A stretch of 64,000 nt of DNA from an uncultured delta proteobacterium. GTDB lineage: Bacteria > Desulfobacterota > Deferrimicrobia > Deferrimicrobiales > Deferrimicrobiaceae. This document shows, piece after piece, positions 1 to 10,112 of this stretch. The translations under genes and the position numbers were made by a program. Every line of letters starts with the position of its first letter. The stretch's first letter is position 1. The notes beneath the pieces were generated by a model, which was not told where the DNA came from, made no database searches, and saw nothing but the letters and a program-made list of their open reading frames with translations. The stretch lies in assembly GCA_963811025.1 (NCBI GenBank), contig CAWEPX010000027.1, positions 219,745 to 283,744 on the forward strand, in the 5' to 3' direction.

Positions 1-318
1 GAGCGCCCTGCGTCCAGAGCCTGCCGGTGGCGTCGAGGAACTGGCGCATCTGCCCGCACATGTTGCCGAACCGGGTGGGCGTGCCGAAGAGGATCGCGTC
101 GGCCTCCTTAAGCTCGTCCACCGTGCAGACCGGCACGTGGGCGAATGCCTTCTGGGCCTCCATTGCCCCCATCTTCCGGAGAACCTCCTGCGGAAGCGTC
201 TCCGGCACGCGACGCAGGACCACTTCCGCCCCCTTTACTTCCTTCGCCCCTTCCGCGACGGCCTCCGCCATCTTGTGGACATGCCCGTACATCGAGTAGA
301 ACACGACGTAGATTTTCA
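1..318 (-). CDS. wrbA: NAD(P)H:quinone oxidoreductase WrbA (flavodoxin-like), N-terminal 106 aa; 3' end lies beyond window start
   Basis: Reverse-strand translation [102 protein letters not shown] is a typical WrbA N-terminus (SMYGH motif). ATG at 316-318. Absent from the ORF track because it runs off the window edge. Confidence 0.7.
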
Positions 319-439
319 TGCCGCCCTCCCCGTTTCCGTCCGGTTTTTATCCTTTATAAGTAGATGCTTTTCCATAGGAATCGATTCCGGAACGGACCCC
401 TGGAGGCAGTACCCGGGGGCGATCCCGTGGAGCCGAATT

Positions 440-660
440 CCCGGTAATCGTACGCGCAAAGGGCTTCCGCAGCCTCGGAGGGGGACTCCGTTCGTGGCTC
501 GCCGTGCGGTAAACCTGCACGTCTGCGCTTAACCTCACTGCGCCCCCCTCCTGCGGCTGCTACGCCCGAACCCGGGGACCCAAGGCGCGGCCGGCGAGCG
601 GAACCGCAGCGAGCGGACGCGATGTCGCGAGCTAGCGTAGCGGAATTCCCCGCGTGCCTT
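440..660. repeat. GC-rich REP-like intergenic repeat, copy A (hairpin module plus gagcggaacc...tagcgtagcgga module)
   Basis: About 90% identical to 26030-26105 over ~75 bp, and shares the gagcggaacc(g)gcagcgagcgg...tagcgga module with 3915-3970. Contains an imperfect long inverted repeat gcagcctcggaggggg...cccccctcctgcggctgc. Lies between the nuoN 3' end and the wrbA start. Confidence 0.5.
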
Positions 661-713
661 ACCTTAGGGTGCCACCGCGACGGGGGCAGGAAGTCCATCG
701 ACACCCCGGACGG

Positions 714-2190
714 CTACATCAGCATGGAGAGGATGGAGCGCTCGGCGATCTCCAGCACGGAGCGGGGGACGAGCCCCAGGACGACGACGACGACCGCCGA
801 GGCGGACAGGGCCAGCGAGAAGAGGATTCGCGGCGGGCGCGGGACGGAAACCTCGCCGTCCGCAGGCATCATGTACATGTAGACGACCAGCCGCAGGTAA
901 TAGTAGACGGAGGCGGCGCTGTTCAGCACGCCGATGACGGCAAGCCAGATATAGCCGTTCTTCACCGCGGCGCTGAAGAGGTAGAACTTCCCGACGAACC
1001 CGGCCGTCGGCGGAATCCCCCCCAGCGACACGAGAAACAGGGTGAGCAGGGCGCCCAGCACCGGGTACTTGAAGCCGATCCCTTTAAGGTGCGCGATGTC
1101 GTACCCGTCGTCCTCCTTCCGGGCGATGAGGATCACCACGCCGAATGCGCCCATGTTCATGAACGCGTACACCAGGAGGTAGAACAGGGCGGCCTGTCCG
1201 CCGAGGACGTCGCCGGAGACGAGCCCGACCAGGACATACCCGGCGTGGGCGATCGAGGAGTAGGCGAGCAGCCGCTTGACGTTGTCCTGCACGAGCGCCG
1301 ACAGGTTCCCCACGGTCATCGTCAGCACGGCCAGTACCCAGAGGACCTTCCAAAGGGCGGGCTGCACGCCGGGAAGGGCCACCAGGAGCACCCGGATGAG
1401 CGCGGCGAAGGCGGCCGCCTTGACCGCGGCGGACATGAAGGCGGTGACAACCGTCGGGGCCCCTTCGTACGCGTCCGGGGTCCACATGTGGAAGGGGACC
1501 AGCGAAACCTTGAAGCCGAACCCCACCAGGAGCAGGCCCGTCCCGATGAGAAAGAGCGGGCTCGAAACGATCCGCGGATCATAGAGCATCGTCGCCAGGA
1601 CGGGGATCTTCGTCGTGCCGGTGGCCGCGTACATCAGGGCGATGCCGTAGAGGAGGAATCCCGAGGCGAAGGCGCCCAGGAGGAAGTACTTCAGGGCCCC
1701 CTCGACCGAGGACATCCGGTTGCGGTGGAACCCGACGAGGACGTAGATCGGTATCGACAGCGTCTCCAGGCCGAGGAAGACCGTCATCAGGTCGGTTCCC
1801 TTGGCCATGAACATCATCCCGGACGTGGAGAGCAGGATGAGCGCGTAGAACTCCCCCTTGCTTCGTCCCTTCCCACTCGGAGTAGCCGGACGCCATCAGG
1901 AAGGTGAGCGCGCAGGCGGAGAGGATCACGACGTCGAAGAAGGCGCCCGCCCCGTCGTGGACGATCATCCCCGAGAACCCCTCGATCTTTCCCTGTCCGA
2001 GAGCGTATACGGAGAAGAGGGCGAGCCCGATGCCGACCAGCCCCGAGCCGCAGAGAACCCGCTTGTTCTCCTCGGGAATCACCAGGTCGAGGAGAAGAAG
2101 GATGATCGCCGTGCCCACCACGAGGATCTCGGGGAGGATGCTGTAGAGGCTCGTCACCAGCGCCGGCATGTCCGGGGAGAACGGTCCCAT
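714..2190 (-). CDS. nuoN: NADH-quinone oxidoreductase subunit N, interrupted by a 1-nt frameshift in a C5/G5 run (~1853-1857)
   Basis: ORF 1579..2190 gives the NuoN N-terminus (...MASGYSEWEG) and ORF 714..1817 gives the rest (MMFMAKGTDLMTVFLGLETLSIPIYVL...). They join as ...SEWEGTKQGG/EFYALILLSTSGMMFMAKG by changing one base in caagggggag. Confidence 0.9.
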
Positions 2191-2197
2191 CGTTGCT

Positions 2198-3772
2198 TTA
2201 CTTCCTCACGTCGAAGTAGCGGACGAACAGCGTCTCCCCCGGGGGAGAGCCTTCGAGCGCCGCCTGGCGTTTCGTCTCGATCCGCGTCACGAGGGCTTCC
2301 ACGGAGGCGTCCATCTTCCGGAGGAACGTCTGGGGGTAAACGCCGATCCAGAACACGAACACGAGGAGGGGCAGCATGTACGCCACCTCCCGCGCGTTCA
2401 TGTCCGCGAGGTGGCGGTTCTTCTCGTTCGTGACCGTGCCGAACATCACCCGCTGGAACATCCAGAGCAGGTAGACCGCCGCGAAGATGACTCCGCTGGC
2501 CGCCACCACCGTGAGCGCCCGCATCGAATGAAACGCCCCCAACAGGATGAGGAACTCCCCGACGAAGCCGTTCAGGCCCGGGAGGCCGATCGAGGAGAGG
2601 GTAACGATCATGAAGAAGGCGGCGTACAGGGGAATCACCCGGGAGAGCCCGCCGTACTCCGAGATCAGGCGGGTGTGACGCCTCTCGTAGATGATGCCGA
2701 CCAGGAGGAAGAGGGCCCCCGTCGAGATGCCGTGGTTGACCATCTGGAGGATTCCCCCCTCGATCCCCTGGATGTTGAACGCGAACAGGCCGAGCATCAC
2801 GAAACCCAGGTGGGCCACGGAGGAGTAGGCCACGAGCTTCTTGATGTCCTTCTGGACCATCGCCACGAAGGCCCCGTAGAGGATCCCGATGACCGCAAGC
2901 GTCGCCATGAGCGGTGTCAGGTCCACGGCGGCCACGGGGAACAGGGGCATCGCGAACCGCAGGAAACCGTACGTCCCCATCTTCAGGAGGACCGCCGCCA
3001 GGATGACCGATCCCGCGGTGGGGGCGTCCACGTGGGCGTCGGGCAGCCACGTGTGGAACGGGAACATCGGGACCTTGAAGGCGAACGCCAGCGCGAACGC
3101 GGCGAACATCCAGAACTGGAGCTTCACGGGGATAGCGAGTTCGTACATGGCCAGGAGATCGGTGGAGTAGACGCCGGTCGCCCGGTAGTGGTGAAAATAG
3201 AGCGCGATGATGGCGACAAGCATCAGCACCGAGCCCGTGAAGGTGAACAGGAAGAACTTGATCGCCGAGTAGATGCGCCGCCCTCCCCCCCACACGCCGA
3301 TCAGGAAGTACATCGGGATGAGCACGAGCTCCCAGAAGATGTAGAACAGGAAGAGGTCGACCGCGAGGAACACGCCCACCATCCCGACCTCGAGGAGGAG
3401 CATGAAGATCATGAACTCCTTCACGTGCTTCTCGACGGACGCGTAGGTGGACAGGATGGTGACGGGCATCAGGAGCGTGGTCAGCATCAGGAGCCACAGG
3501 GAGATGCCGTCCACCCCCACGTGGTAGCTGATCCCGAACTGCGGAATCCAGGGGACCTTCTGGACGAACTGCATCGCGGCGGTCGACCCGTCGAACAGGA
3601 TCGCGACGGGCAGGGACAGGAGGAACTCCGCGAGCGTGATGCCGAAAGCCAGGTTCTTGAGGAGCCTCCCGTTCTCCCTCGGCAGGAACACGAGCGCGAG
3701 GGCCCCGGCAAGCGGGAAGAAGATCAGCACGGTCAGGATGTTCGCCATCAGCCCCTGCGGCAGAAAGTTCAT
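2198..3772 (-). CDS. nuoM: NADH-quinone oxidoreductase subunit M
   Basis: MNFLPQGLMANILTVLIFFPLAGALALVF... matches the NuoM/ND4 family. ATG at 3772 is preceded by GAGGAG. Confidence 0.95.
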   Translation of the reverse strand: MNFLPQGLMANILTVLIFFPLAGALALVFLPRENGRLLKNLAFGITLAEFLLSLPVAILFDGSTAAMQFVQKVPWIPQFGISYHVGVDGISLWLLMLTTLLMPVTILSTYASVEKHVKEFMIFMLLLEVGMVGVFLAVDLFLFYIFWELVLIPMYFLIGVWGGGRRIYSAIKFFLFTFTGSVLMLVAIIALYFHHYRATGVYSTDLLAMYELAIPVKLQFWMFAAFALAFAFKVPMFPFHTWLPDAHVDAPTAGSVILAAVLLKMGTYGFLRFAMPLFPVAAVDLTPLMATLAVIGILYGAFVAMVQKDIKKLVAYSSVAHLGFVMLGLFAFNIQGIEGGILQMVNHGISTGALFLLVGIIYERRHTRLISEYGGLSRVIPLYAAFFMIVTLSSIGLPGLNGFVGEFLILLGAFHSMRALTVVAASGVIFAAVYLLWMFQRVMFGTVTNEKNRHLADMNAREVAYMLPLLVFVFWIGVYPQTFLRKMDASVEALVTRIETKRQAALEGSPPGETLFVRYFDVRK

Positions 3773-3839
3773 CGGCACTCGCTCCTCGTGCGGCGTCTCG
3801 TAATTGGCTCGACGCACCGATCAGCCGTCGGAATAGCCC

Positions 3840-3990
3840 GGGACAGGCGGCCGTCCCGGGCACAGGGCGCAGCGGGGGGGTCCTCGGAGCGGCCTGTGGA
3901 GCGAGGCAGAGATTGCGTCGAGCGGAACCGGCAGCGAGCGGGCGCAAGGTCGCGAGCGTAGCGGAGAGGACGCCCCCCGCGAGCCCGTGC
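3840..3990. repeat. GC-rich REP-like repeat, copy B, inside the nuo operon (nuoM-nuoL spacer)
   Basis: Unusually long (~280 bp) GC-rich spacer between nuoL and nuoM. gagcggaaccggcagcgagcgggcgcaaggtcgcgagcgtagcggagagg resembles copy A positions 596-650; tcctcggag and cgtgcgatggacc motifs are shared with copy C. Confidence 0.45.
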
Positions 3991-4051
3991 GATGGACCCG
4001 TTTGTCCATGTGTTTACGAGACGAAACACGATGTATCTCCCTTGGCCGCGC

Positions 4052-6100
4052 TCACGGCCATATCAGGAACCCGGCGAGGATCACCGCGCCCAGGAGCAGG
4101 GAAAGGGCATAGTTCCCCACCACGCCGGACTGCAGGCGCCTCGTCCTTGCACCCGCCCCGTTCACGAGGGCCGCGATGCCGTTTACGATCCCGTCGATAA
4201 ACGCCACGTCGAACGCTTCCCACAGCCAGATCGAGCCGTTCACGATCCTGCGGACGATGGCGGCGTCGTAGATCTCGTCCACGTAATATTTGTTCAGCAC
4301 CAGATCGTAGAGTCCCGGAACCCGGTCGGCGATCTCCCCGGGCTCCTCCGTGCGGACCCGGTACAGGTACCAGGCCAGCAAGATCCCGCACAGCGCCACG
4401 CCCACGGATGCGGCCATGAGCAGGTACTCGAGCGCCGCGGATGCATGGGCCTCCCCGTGCGCCGCCCCTTCCGCCCCGTGCGCGAAGACGGGGGCAAGCC
4501 ACTCCTCGAAGTAATTGTGGCCGCCGAGGACGTGGGGAATGCCGACCCAGCCGCCCGCAACCGCGAGGGCGGCAAGGATCATCAGGGGGACGGTCATCGA
4601 GTACGGGGATTCGTGGACATGCTTCTCCACCTCCGGATCCATCCGCGAATCTCCGAAGAAGGTCAGGAAGACCAGGCGGAACATGTAGAATGCCGTGATC
4701 CCCGCCGCGACCGTCCCGACCAGCCACAGGCCCACGTGGCCGTGCCCGGAGGAGAAGGACTTCCAGAGGATCTCGTCCTTGGAGAAGAAGCCGGACAGCC
4801 CGGGGATCCCCGAGATCGCCAGCGTTGCGATGAACATCGTGACGAAGGTCACGGGCAGGTGTTTTTTCAGGGAGCCCATCTTCCGCATGTCCTGCTCCCC
4901 GGCAAGGGCGTGGATCACCGACCCGGAGCCAAGGAACAGGAGCGCCTTGAAAAAGGCGTGGGTCATCAGGTGGAAGATCCCGGCGGTGAAGGCCCCCACG
5001 CCGCAGGCCAGGAACATGTAGCCGAGCTGGGAGACGGTGGAGTAGGCCAGCACCCGTTTTATGTCGTTCTGCGTGATCCCGATAATGGCGGAGAAGATCG
5101 CCGTCGCCGCGCCGACCACCGCCACCACCATCATGGAAGCCGGGGCCAGCAGGAAGAGAGCGTTCGTCCGGGCGACCATGTAGACCCCCGCCGTGACCAT
5201 CGTCGCGGCGTGGATCAGGGCGGAAACGGGGGTGGGTCCCTCCATCGCGTCGGGCAGCCAGACATAGAGCGGAATCTGGGCCGACTTGCCGGTGGCCCCC
5301 ACGAAGAGAAGGAGGGTGATCGCGGTGGCGACCCCGGTCGTGAGCGTGCCGCTCCCCATAAGACCCGGGATCCGCGCGAATACCTCGGTGTACTCGACGG
5401 ACCCGAAGGTCCAGAAGATGAGAAACATGGCCAGGAGGAAACCGAAATCGCCCACCCGGTTCACGACGAAGGCCTTCTTCCCGGCGTCGGCGGCGCTCTT
5501 CTTCTCGTACCAGTACCCGATCAGCAGGTAGGAGCACAGCCCCACCCCTTCCCACCCGATGAACATCAGGAGGAAGTTGCTGCCGAGGACGAGCAGGAGC
5601 ATCGCGAAGGTGAAGAGGTTCAGGTAGACGAAGTACCGCGCGAAGGCCCTCTCGTGGGCCATGTACCCCACGGAGTAGACGTGGATGAGGAAGCCGACGC
5701 CGGTGACCACCAGGATCATCACGGAAGAGAGCGGATCGAGCTGGAAGGCCGCCGGCGCCAGGAACGTCCCCGCCTGAATCCAGGGGAAGAGGACCTGGAC
5801 GAAGAGCCGGTCGTGCGGGGCCCTCGCGGCCAGGGCGAGGACGGCCAGGAGCGACACGACAAAGGAGGCGCCCACCACCGCGGGACCGAGAACCGCGACC
5901 ATCTTCCGGTACGGCGGGGCGGCGTGCGATTCCCCGTGCCCACGCCCGTGGTCCCCGCCAGGGGGATCGGACGGCCGGCGGGCGTCCTCCGCCAGGAGAA
6001 GCGGCCGCTCGGCTACGAGCGCGATCGCGCTGTTCACGATCACGCCCAGGAGAGGCAGCGCGGGGACGAGCCAGAGATATTCGAGGATTCCCCCTACCAC
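4052..6100 (-). CDS. nuoL: NADH-quinone oxidoreductase subunit L (GTG start), with a ~40-aa low-complexity insertion in the first loop
   Basis: Conserved NuoL/ND5 core (WEGVGLCSYLLIGYWYEKKSAADAGKKAF...). Inserted stretch AERPLLLAEDARRPSDPPGGDHGRGHGESHAAPPYR between TM1 and TM2; alternative frames there give no NuoL-like sequence. Confidence 0.93.
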   Translation of the reverse strand: MVGGILEYLWLVPALPLLGVIVNSAIALVAERPLLLAEDARRPSDPPGGDHGRGHGESHAAPPYRKMVAVLGPAVVGASFVVSLLAVLALAARAPHDRLFVQVLFPWIQAGTFLAPAAFQLDPLSSVMILVVTGVGFLIHVYSVGYMAHERAFARYFVYLNLFTFAMLLLVLGSNFLLMFIGWEGVGLCSYLLIGYWYEKKSAADAGKKAFVVNRVGDFGFLLAMFLIFWTFGSVEYTEVFARIPGLMGSGTLTTGVATAITLLLFVGATGKSAQIPLYVWLPDAMEGPTPVSALIHAATMVTAGVYMVARTNALFLLAPASMMVVAVVGAATAIFSAIIGITQNDIKRVLAYSTVSQLGYMFLACGVGAFTAGIFHLMTHAFFKALLFLGSGSVIHALAGEQDMRKMGSLKKHLPVTFVTMFIATLAISGIPGLSGFFSKDEILWKSFSSGHGHVGLWLVGTVAAGITAFYMFRLVFLTFFGDSRMDPEVEKHVHESPYSMTVPLMILAALAVAGGWVGIPHVLGGHNYFEEWLAPVFAHGAEGAAHGEAHASAALEYLLMAASVGVALCGILLAWYLYRVRTEEPGEIADRVPGLYDLVLNKYYVDEIYDAAIVRRIVNGSIWLWEAFDVAFIDGIVNGIAALVNGAGARTRRLQSGVVGNYALSLLLGAVILAGFLIWP

Positions 6101-6396
6101 TTGAGCACGCTCAGTTCCGTGATGTCGATCGTTTCCTTCAGGCGGTAGATCGCAATGAGGATCGCCAGCCCCACCGCGGCTTCGGCCGCCGCGACGGTCA
6201 TGACCATGAAGGCGAACACCGATCCCGTCGGGTCGCCCAGGTAGGACCCGACCGCGATGAAGGCCACGTTGACGGCGTTGAGCATGATCTCCACGCTCAT
6301 GATGATGATGAGGACGTTCTTGCGCGCCACCACCCCCGCAACGCCGATTCCGAACAGGATCCCGGAGAGAAGCAGATATGCCGACGGTTCCATCAT
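6094..6396 (-). CDS. nuoK: NADH-quinone oxidoreductase subunit K
   Basis: 100-aa protein with NuoK/ND4L family match; overlaps the nuoL start. Confidence 0.95.
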   Translation of the reverse strand: MMEPSAYLLLSGILFGIGVAGVVARKNVLIIIMSVEIMLNAVNVAFIAVGSYLGDPTGSVFAFMVMTVAAAEAAVGLAILIAIYRLKETIDITELSVLKW

Positions 6397-6439
6397 GACA
6401 AGGTTCTCCGCCCGTGGCGCGCCCGTGCCCCGCGCACCG

Positions 6440-6928
6440 TCAGATCTTCCTCTTCGCCAGCACGATCGCCCCGATCACCGCGGCCAGCAGCAAAACCGAG
6501 GTGAGTTCGAACGCGAGGAGGTAATCGGTGAACAGCGCTCGCCCCACGGCCTCAACGGAGCCGGAGTCCGTGGCGGGAGTTCCCGCCATGACGAAGCGTC
6601 GGGCCACCAGCGCCGACTCGAGGATCAGCAACCCCGCGGCGGTCACACCCAGGAAGCGCAGTCCCGTCAGCCGCTCCATGGGCAGCCTGCTCTCCGGGAC
6701 GTTGATCAGCATGATCACGAAGATGAACAGGACGACCACCGCGCCCGCGTAGACGATGACCTGGATCACCGCGAGGAAGTGCGCCTGCCGGAGGGCGAAG
6801 AGCGCCGCGACGGCAAAGAGCGTGAGGATCAGGTAGAGCGCGGAGGTCATCGGGTGCCGCCGCGTGACCACCATGATCGCTCCGCCCACCGAGATCGCGC
6901 CGAATATGGCGAACAGGATCGGTTCCAT
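6440..6928 (-). CDS. nuoJ: NADH-quinone oxidoreductase subunit J
   Basis: 162-aa membrane protein matching NuoJ/ND6. Confidence 0.9.
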   Translation of the reverse strand: MEPILFAIFGAISVGGAIMVVTRRHPMTSALYLILTLFAVAALFALRQAHFLAVIQVIVYAGAVVVLFIFVIMLINVPESRLPMERLTGLRFLGVTAAGLLILESALVARRFVMAGTPATDSGSVEAVGRALFTDYLLAFELTSVLLLAAVIGAIVLAKRKI

Positions 6929-6935
6929 CTCTCTC

Positions 6936-7421
6936 CTACTTTTCCAGCAGCATGTCGATCGAGAAGATGAGCTTCTCCCTCGTGAAATCCGGTGGCGTGT
7001 ACCAGCCCGTGTCCATCCGGATCGCGTCGCAGGGACACGCCTCGACGCAATGTCCGCAGAAGATGCACCGGAGCATGTCGATGTCGAAGCGCACCGGGTA
7101 CTTCTCGACCTTCGGGTCGGGGGATTCCCCCGCCACGATGGTGATGCACACCGCGGGGCACGCCGTGGAGCAGCAGAAGCACGCCACGCACCGGGGCGTC
7201 CCGTCGGACCGCTTCATCAGCCGGTGCAGGCCCCGGAACCTTGGGGGCATCACACGCCGCACCTCGGGGTACTCCATCGTGGCGATGTTCTCCTGGTGCC
7301 GCATGTTGCGCAGGAGATGCCCGATCGTCACCCCGAGCCCCTTCACGATCTCCAGGAGGTAGAGGCTCTCCCCCCCGGACATTTTCCGGGGCCGGGCGAC
7401 CTTTTTCACCCCGATCGTCAT
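6936..7421 (-). CDS. nuoI: NADH-quinone oxidoreductase subunit I (2x[4Fe-4S] ferredoxin)
   Basis: Two CxxCxxCxxxCP motifs (CVACFCCSTACP, CIFCGHCVEACP). Start taken at MTIGVKK (ATG 7419-7421), downstream of the nuoH stop. Confidence 0.9.
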   Translation of the reverse strand: MTIGVKKVARPRKMSGGESLYLLEIVKGLGVTIGHLLRNMRHQENIATMEYPEVRRVMPPRFRGLHRLMKRSDGTPRCVACFCCSTACPAVCITIVAGESPDPKVEKYPVRFDIDMLRCIFCGHCVEACPCDAIRMDTGWYTPPDFTREKLIFSIDMLLEK

Positions 7422-7428
7422 CGTCGTT

Positions 7429-8529
7429 TCACCCGCCTCCGCCGACCAGGAGCAGAACAAGCCCCGTCACGAAGATGTTCGCCAGCGACAGGGGGAGCAG
7501 TACCTTCCAACCCAGCTGCATCACCTGGTCGTACCGGAACCGGGGGATCGTCCACCGGACCCAGATGAAGAGCCAGGCGAAGAAGAGCAGTTTCCCCACG
7601 AACGCCCCGATCCGCAGGAGGAGCACCAGGGCGCCGGGAAGCCCGAGGGAGATTCCCCCGGGAAGCAGGAAGCCGGAGTCCGCCAGGTAGGGGAACTGCC
7701 AGCCGCCGAAGAACAGCGTCGCGATCAGGGCCGAGCCTACCACCATGTGGACGTACTCGGCCATGAAGAAGATCGAGAACTTGAAGGAACCGTACTCCGT
7801 GTGGTACCCCGCGACGATCTCCGACTCTCCCTCCGGCAGGTCGAAGGGGGTCCGGTTCGCCTCCGCGTAGACCGCCACGAGAAAGAGGAGAAACCCGAGC
7901 GGCTGCAGGAACACGCCCCACTTCGGCACGATCCCCCACAGGAGCTCCCCCTGCGAGGCAACGATATCCGAGAGCCGGACCGACTGGAAGACCATGACCA
8001 GGCCGATGATGGAGAGCCCGAGGGAGACCTCGTAGGAGATCATCTGCGCCGAGGAGCGCAGTCCCCCCAGCAGGGGATACTTGCTGTTGGAGGCCCACCC
8101 CGCGAGGATCACGCCGTAGACCGCCATCCCCGAGATGGCGAAGATGTAGAGGATCCCCACGTTCAGGTCCGCGACCTGCAGTGCGACCGGGCGTCCCGCG
8201 ATCACGACCGGCGGCCCGAAGGGGATGACCGCGAAGGTCATCAGCGCCGGGGCCAGGGCGAACATCGGCGCAATCTGGTAGAAGAGCCGGTGGGCGTGGT
8301 CCGGGATGAAGTCCTCCTTGAACAGGAGCTTGAGCGCGTCGGCGAGCGGATGGAACAGCCCTCCGAGGGTCAGCCCCAGGATCTTCGCCCGGTTGGGCCC
8401 GCGGCGGTCCTGGATATAGGCCGCTCCCTTGCGCTCCGCCCACACGAGGATCGGGACGAGGGAGAGGGTGAAGACGAGCATCACCGCCACCCGGGCCACG
8501 GACACCACGAGGTCGAACCACCCGTTCAT
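7429..8529 (-). CDS. nuoH: NADH-quinone oxidoreductase subunit H
   Basis: NuoH/ND1 family (…RRGPNRAKILGL…, …AEANRTPFDLPEGESEIV…). Confidence 0.95.
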   Translation of the reverse strand: MNGWFDLVVSVARVAVMLVFTLSLVPILVWAERKGAAYIQDRRGPNRAKILGLTLGGLFHPLADALKLLFKEDFIPDHAHRLFYQIAPMFALAPALMTFAVIPFGPPVVIAGRPVALQVADLNVGILYIFAISGMAVYGVILAGWASNSKYPLLGGLRSSAQMISYEVSLGLSIIGLVMVFQSVRLSDIVASQGELLWGIVPKWGVFLQPLGFLLFLVAVYAEANRTPFDLPEGESEIVAGYHTEYGSFKFSIFFMAEYVHMVVGSALIATLFFGGWQFPYLADSGFLLPGGISLGLPGALVLLLRIGAFVGKLLFFAWLFIWVRWTIPRFRYDQVMQLGWKVLLPLSLANIFVTGLVLLLVGGGG

Positions 8530-10106
8530 CCCTTCCCCCCTGCGACGTGTCCCGACTCACCAAGGGATTCGTAGCTCATCCCGGCGAAAGGGGCCTCGGA
8601 CCGCGCGATCGCCCGGAACACCGACGACTCCCCGGCGTATTTCCAGCCCGCACCGAGACGATTCGCAAGGCCCGTGATGATCTCGATGGCGTTCCTCGCC
8701 TTTCCCCTCGGGGGGAACCCCATCCAGAACCGCTGGACACGGCCCGCGTGGTTGGTGAACGTCCCCCCCCGCTCGATAAACGACGCGGACGGCATGACGA
8801 CGTGCGCCGCGCGGGAGACGGCCCCCTCGTTCGTCCCGACCTGTACGACAAACGGGACGTTGGCCAGAAGCCGCTCCGTCTCCTCCTCGGAGAAGTCGGC
8901 GATGCCGTTGCCGAAGGCCAGCAGGGCCTTCACCTTCCCGCCCGCAATCTTGCGCACGATATCTTCGAACTTCCCCTCGGAGATTCCCAGAAGTTGCGCC
9001 CCGCGGGTGTTGGGATTCTTGTCGGCCTTGATCAGGAAGTCGTCCGATATCCCGTTGCCCGGGGTCCGGGAGGAGAAGCCCAGGTTCGACGTGCGCAGGA
9101 CCTCGTCCGCCAGCTTCCGGGTGAGGTACAGTTCCTCGTTGGAGAATTGCGGCGACGCGATGACGGCGACCGATTCGGGGCCGTCCTTTTCCATCGTCTC
9201 CCAGAGCCGGAAGGCGGCGGCGGAAAAAACCGTTTCCCACGACTCCGCCCGGGGGATTCCGTCCTCCCGGACGACGGGGGTGAGCAGCCTCGCGTCGTTC
9301 GCCTTCTTGTACTCGAGGCGGCCCGGGTCGCACATCCACGCCTGGTTGACCTCGTCGTTCTGCCTGGGCTGGAAACGGTAGAGGATGTCCCCCTTGAAGT
9401 GCGCCTCCACGTTGCAGCCGTTGGCGCAGCCGGGGCAGATCGATCTGGCGCCCCGCAGGAACCAGACGCGGCACTTGAACCGGAAATCCTTGCTGGTCAG
9501 CGCCCCCACGGGGCAGATGTCCGCCAGGTTCCCGGTGTAGTTGTTGTTCAGCGGCTTCCCGGGGAAGATCGAGATCTCCGAGTGGTTCGACCGCTGGAAG
9601 AATTCGAGCTCGGAGGTATGCGTGACCTCCTGGAGAAACCGTATGCAACGGGAACAGAGGATGCACCGCTCGGCGTCCAGGACGATCTGGCCGCCGATCT
9701 CCTGCACCTTCTTCTTGTGGACCTTGTCCTCGAGGGCATAACGGCTCTTGTGCAGGCCGTACTTCATGTAGTAGATCTGCAGCCCGCACTCGCCCGCCTG
9801 GTCGCAGATCGGGCAGTCGATCGGGTGGTGGATGAGCATCAGCTCCAGAACGCCCGTGACCGCCTGCTTTACCTTCTCGGTATTGCTCTTGACCACCATC
9901 CCTTCCGTCACATGGGTGTTGCACGCGATCTGCAGCTTGGGGAACTTCTCCACCTCCACCAGGCACATGCGGCAGTTCCCCGCGATCGAGAGTTTCGGGT
10001 GGTAGCAGTAGTGGGGGATCTCGATCCCCACCGTCTTCGCGGCCTGGAGGATGGTCGTCCCGTCGGGGACGTCCACGGAGATTCCGTTGAGTGTAAAGTT
10101 CGGCAT
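8526..10106 (-). CDS. nuoG: NADH-quinone oxidoreductase subunit G, short 526-aa form
   Basis: N-terminal 2Fe-2S and 4Fe-4S cysteine motifs plus a molybdopterin-oxidoreductase-like domain; lacks the long C-terminal extension of E. coli NuoG. Confidence 0.9.
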   Translation of the reverse strand: MPNFTLNGISVDVPDGTTILQAAKTVGIEIPHYCYHPKLSIAGNCRMCLVEVEKFPKLQIACNTHVTEGMVVKSNTEKVKQAVTGVLELMLIHHPIDCPICDQAGECGLQIYYMKYGLHKSRYALEDKVHKKKVQEIGGQIVLDAERCILCSRCIRFLQEVTHTSELEFFQRSNHSEISIFPGKPLNNNYTGNLADICPVGALTSKDFRFKCRVWFLRGARSICPGCANGCNVEAHFKGDILYRFQPRQNDEVNQAWMCDPGRLEYKKANDARLLTPVVREDGIPRAESWETVFSAAAFRLWETMEKDGPESVAVIASPQFSNEELYLTRKLADEVLRTSNLGFSSRTPGNGISDDFLIKADKNPNTRGAQLLGISEGKFEDIVRKIAGGKVKALLAFGNGIADFSEEETERLLANVPFVVQVGTNEGAVSRAAHVVMPSASFIERGGTFTNHAGRVQRFWMGFPPRGKARNAIEIITGLANRLGAGWKYAGESSVFRAIARSEAPFAGMSYESLGESGHVAGGKG

Positions 10107-10112
10107 GGCTCC

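Noticed and set aside
654-3961. Long ORFs on the opposite strand or in other frames across the nuo genes (e.g. 654..1907+, 2154..3947-, 2168..3961+, 3992..6148+, 8547..11456+)
   Set aside because: These are Arg/Gly/Pro/Asp-rich low-complexity translations typical of antisense or off-frame reading in high-GC DNA. They overlap well-supported Nuo genes and have no family resemblance.
4052-6100. Whether the NuoL N-terminal insertion is an artefact of two compensating frameshifts
   Set aside because: Translating the alternative frames across 5880-6060 gives no NuoL-like sequence. Flanking TM helices are intact in the current frame, so it is kept as a genuine loop insertion.
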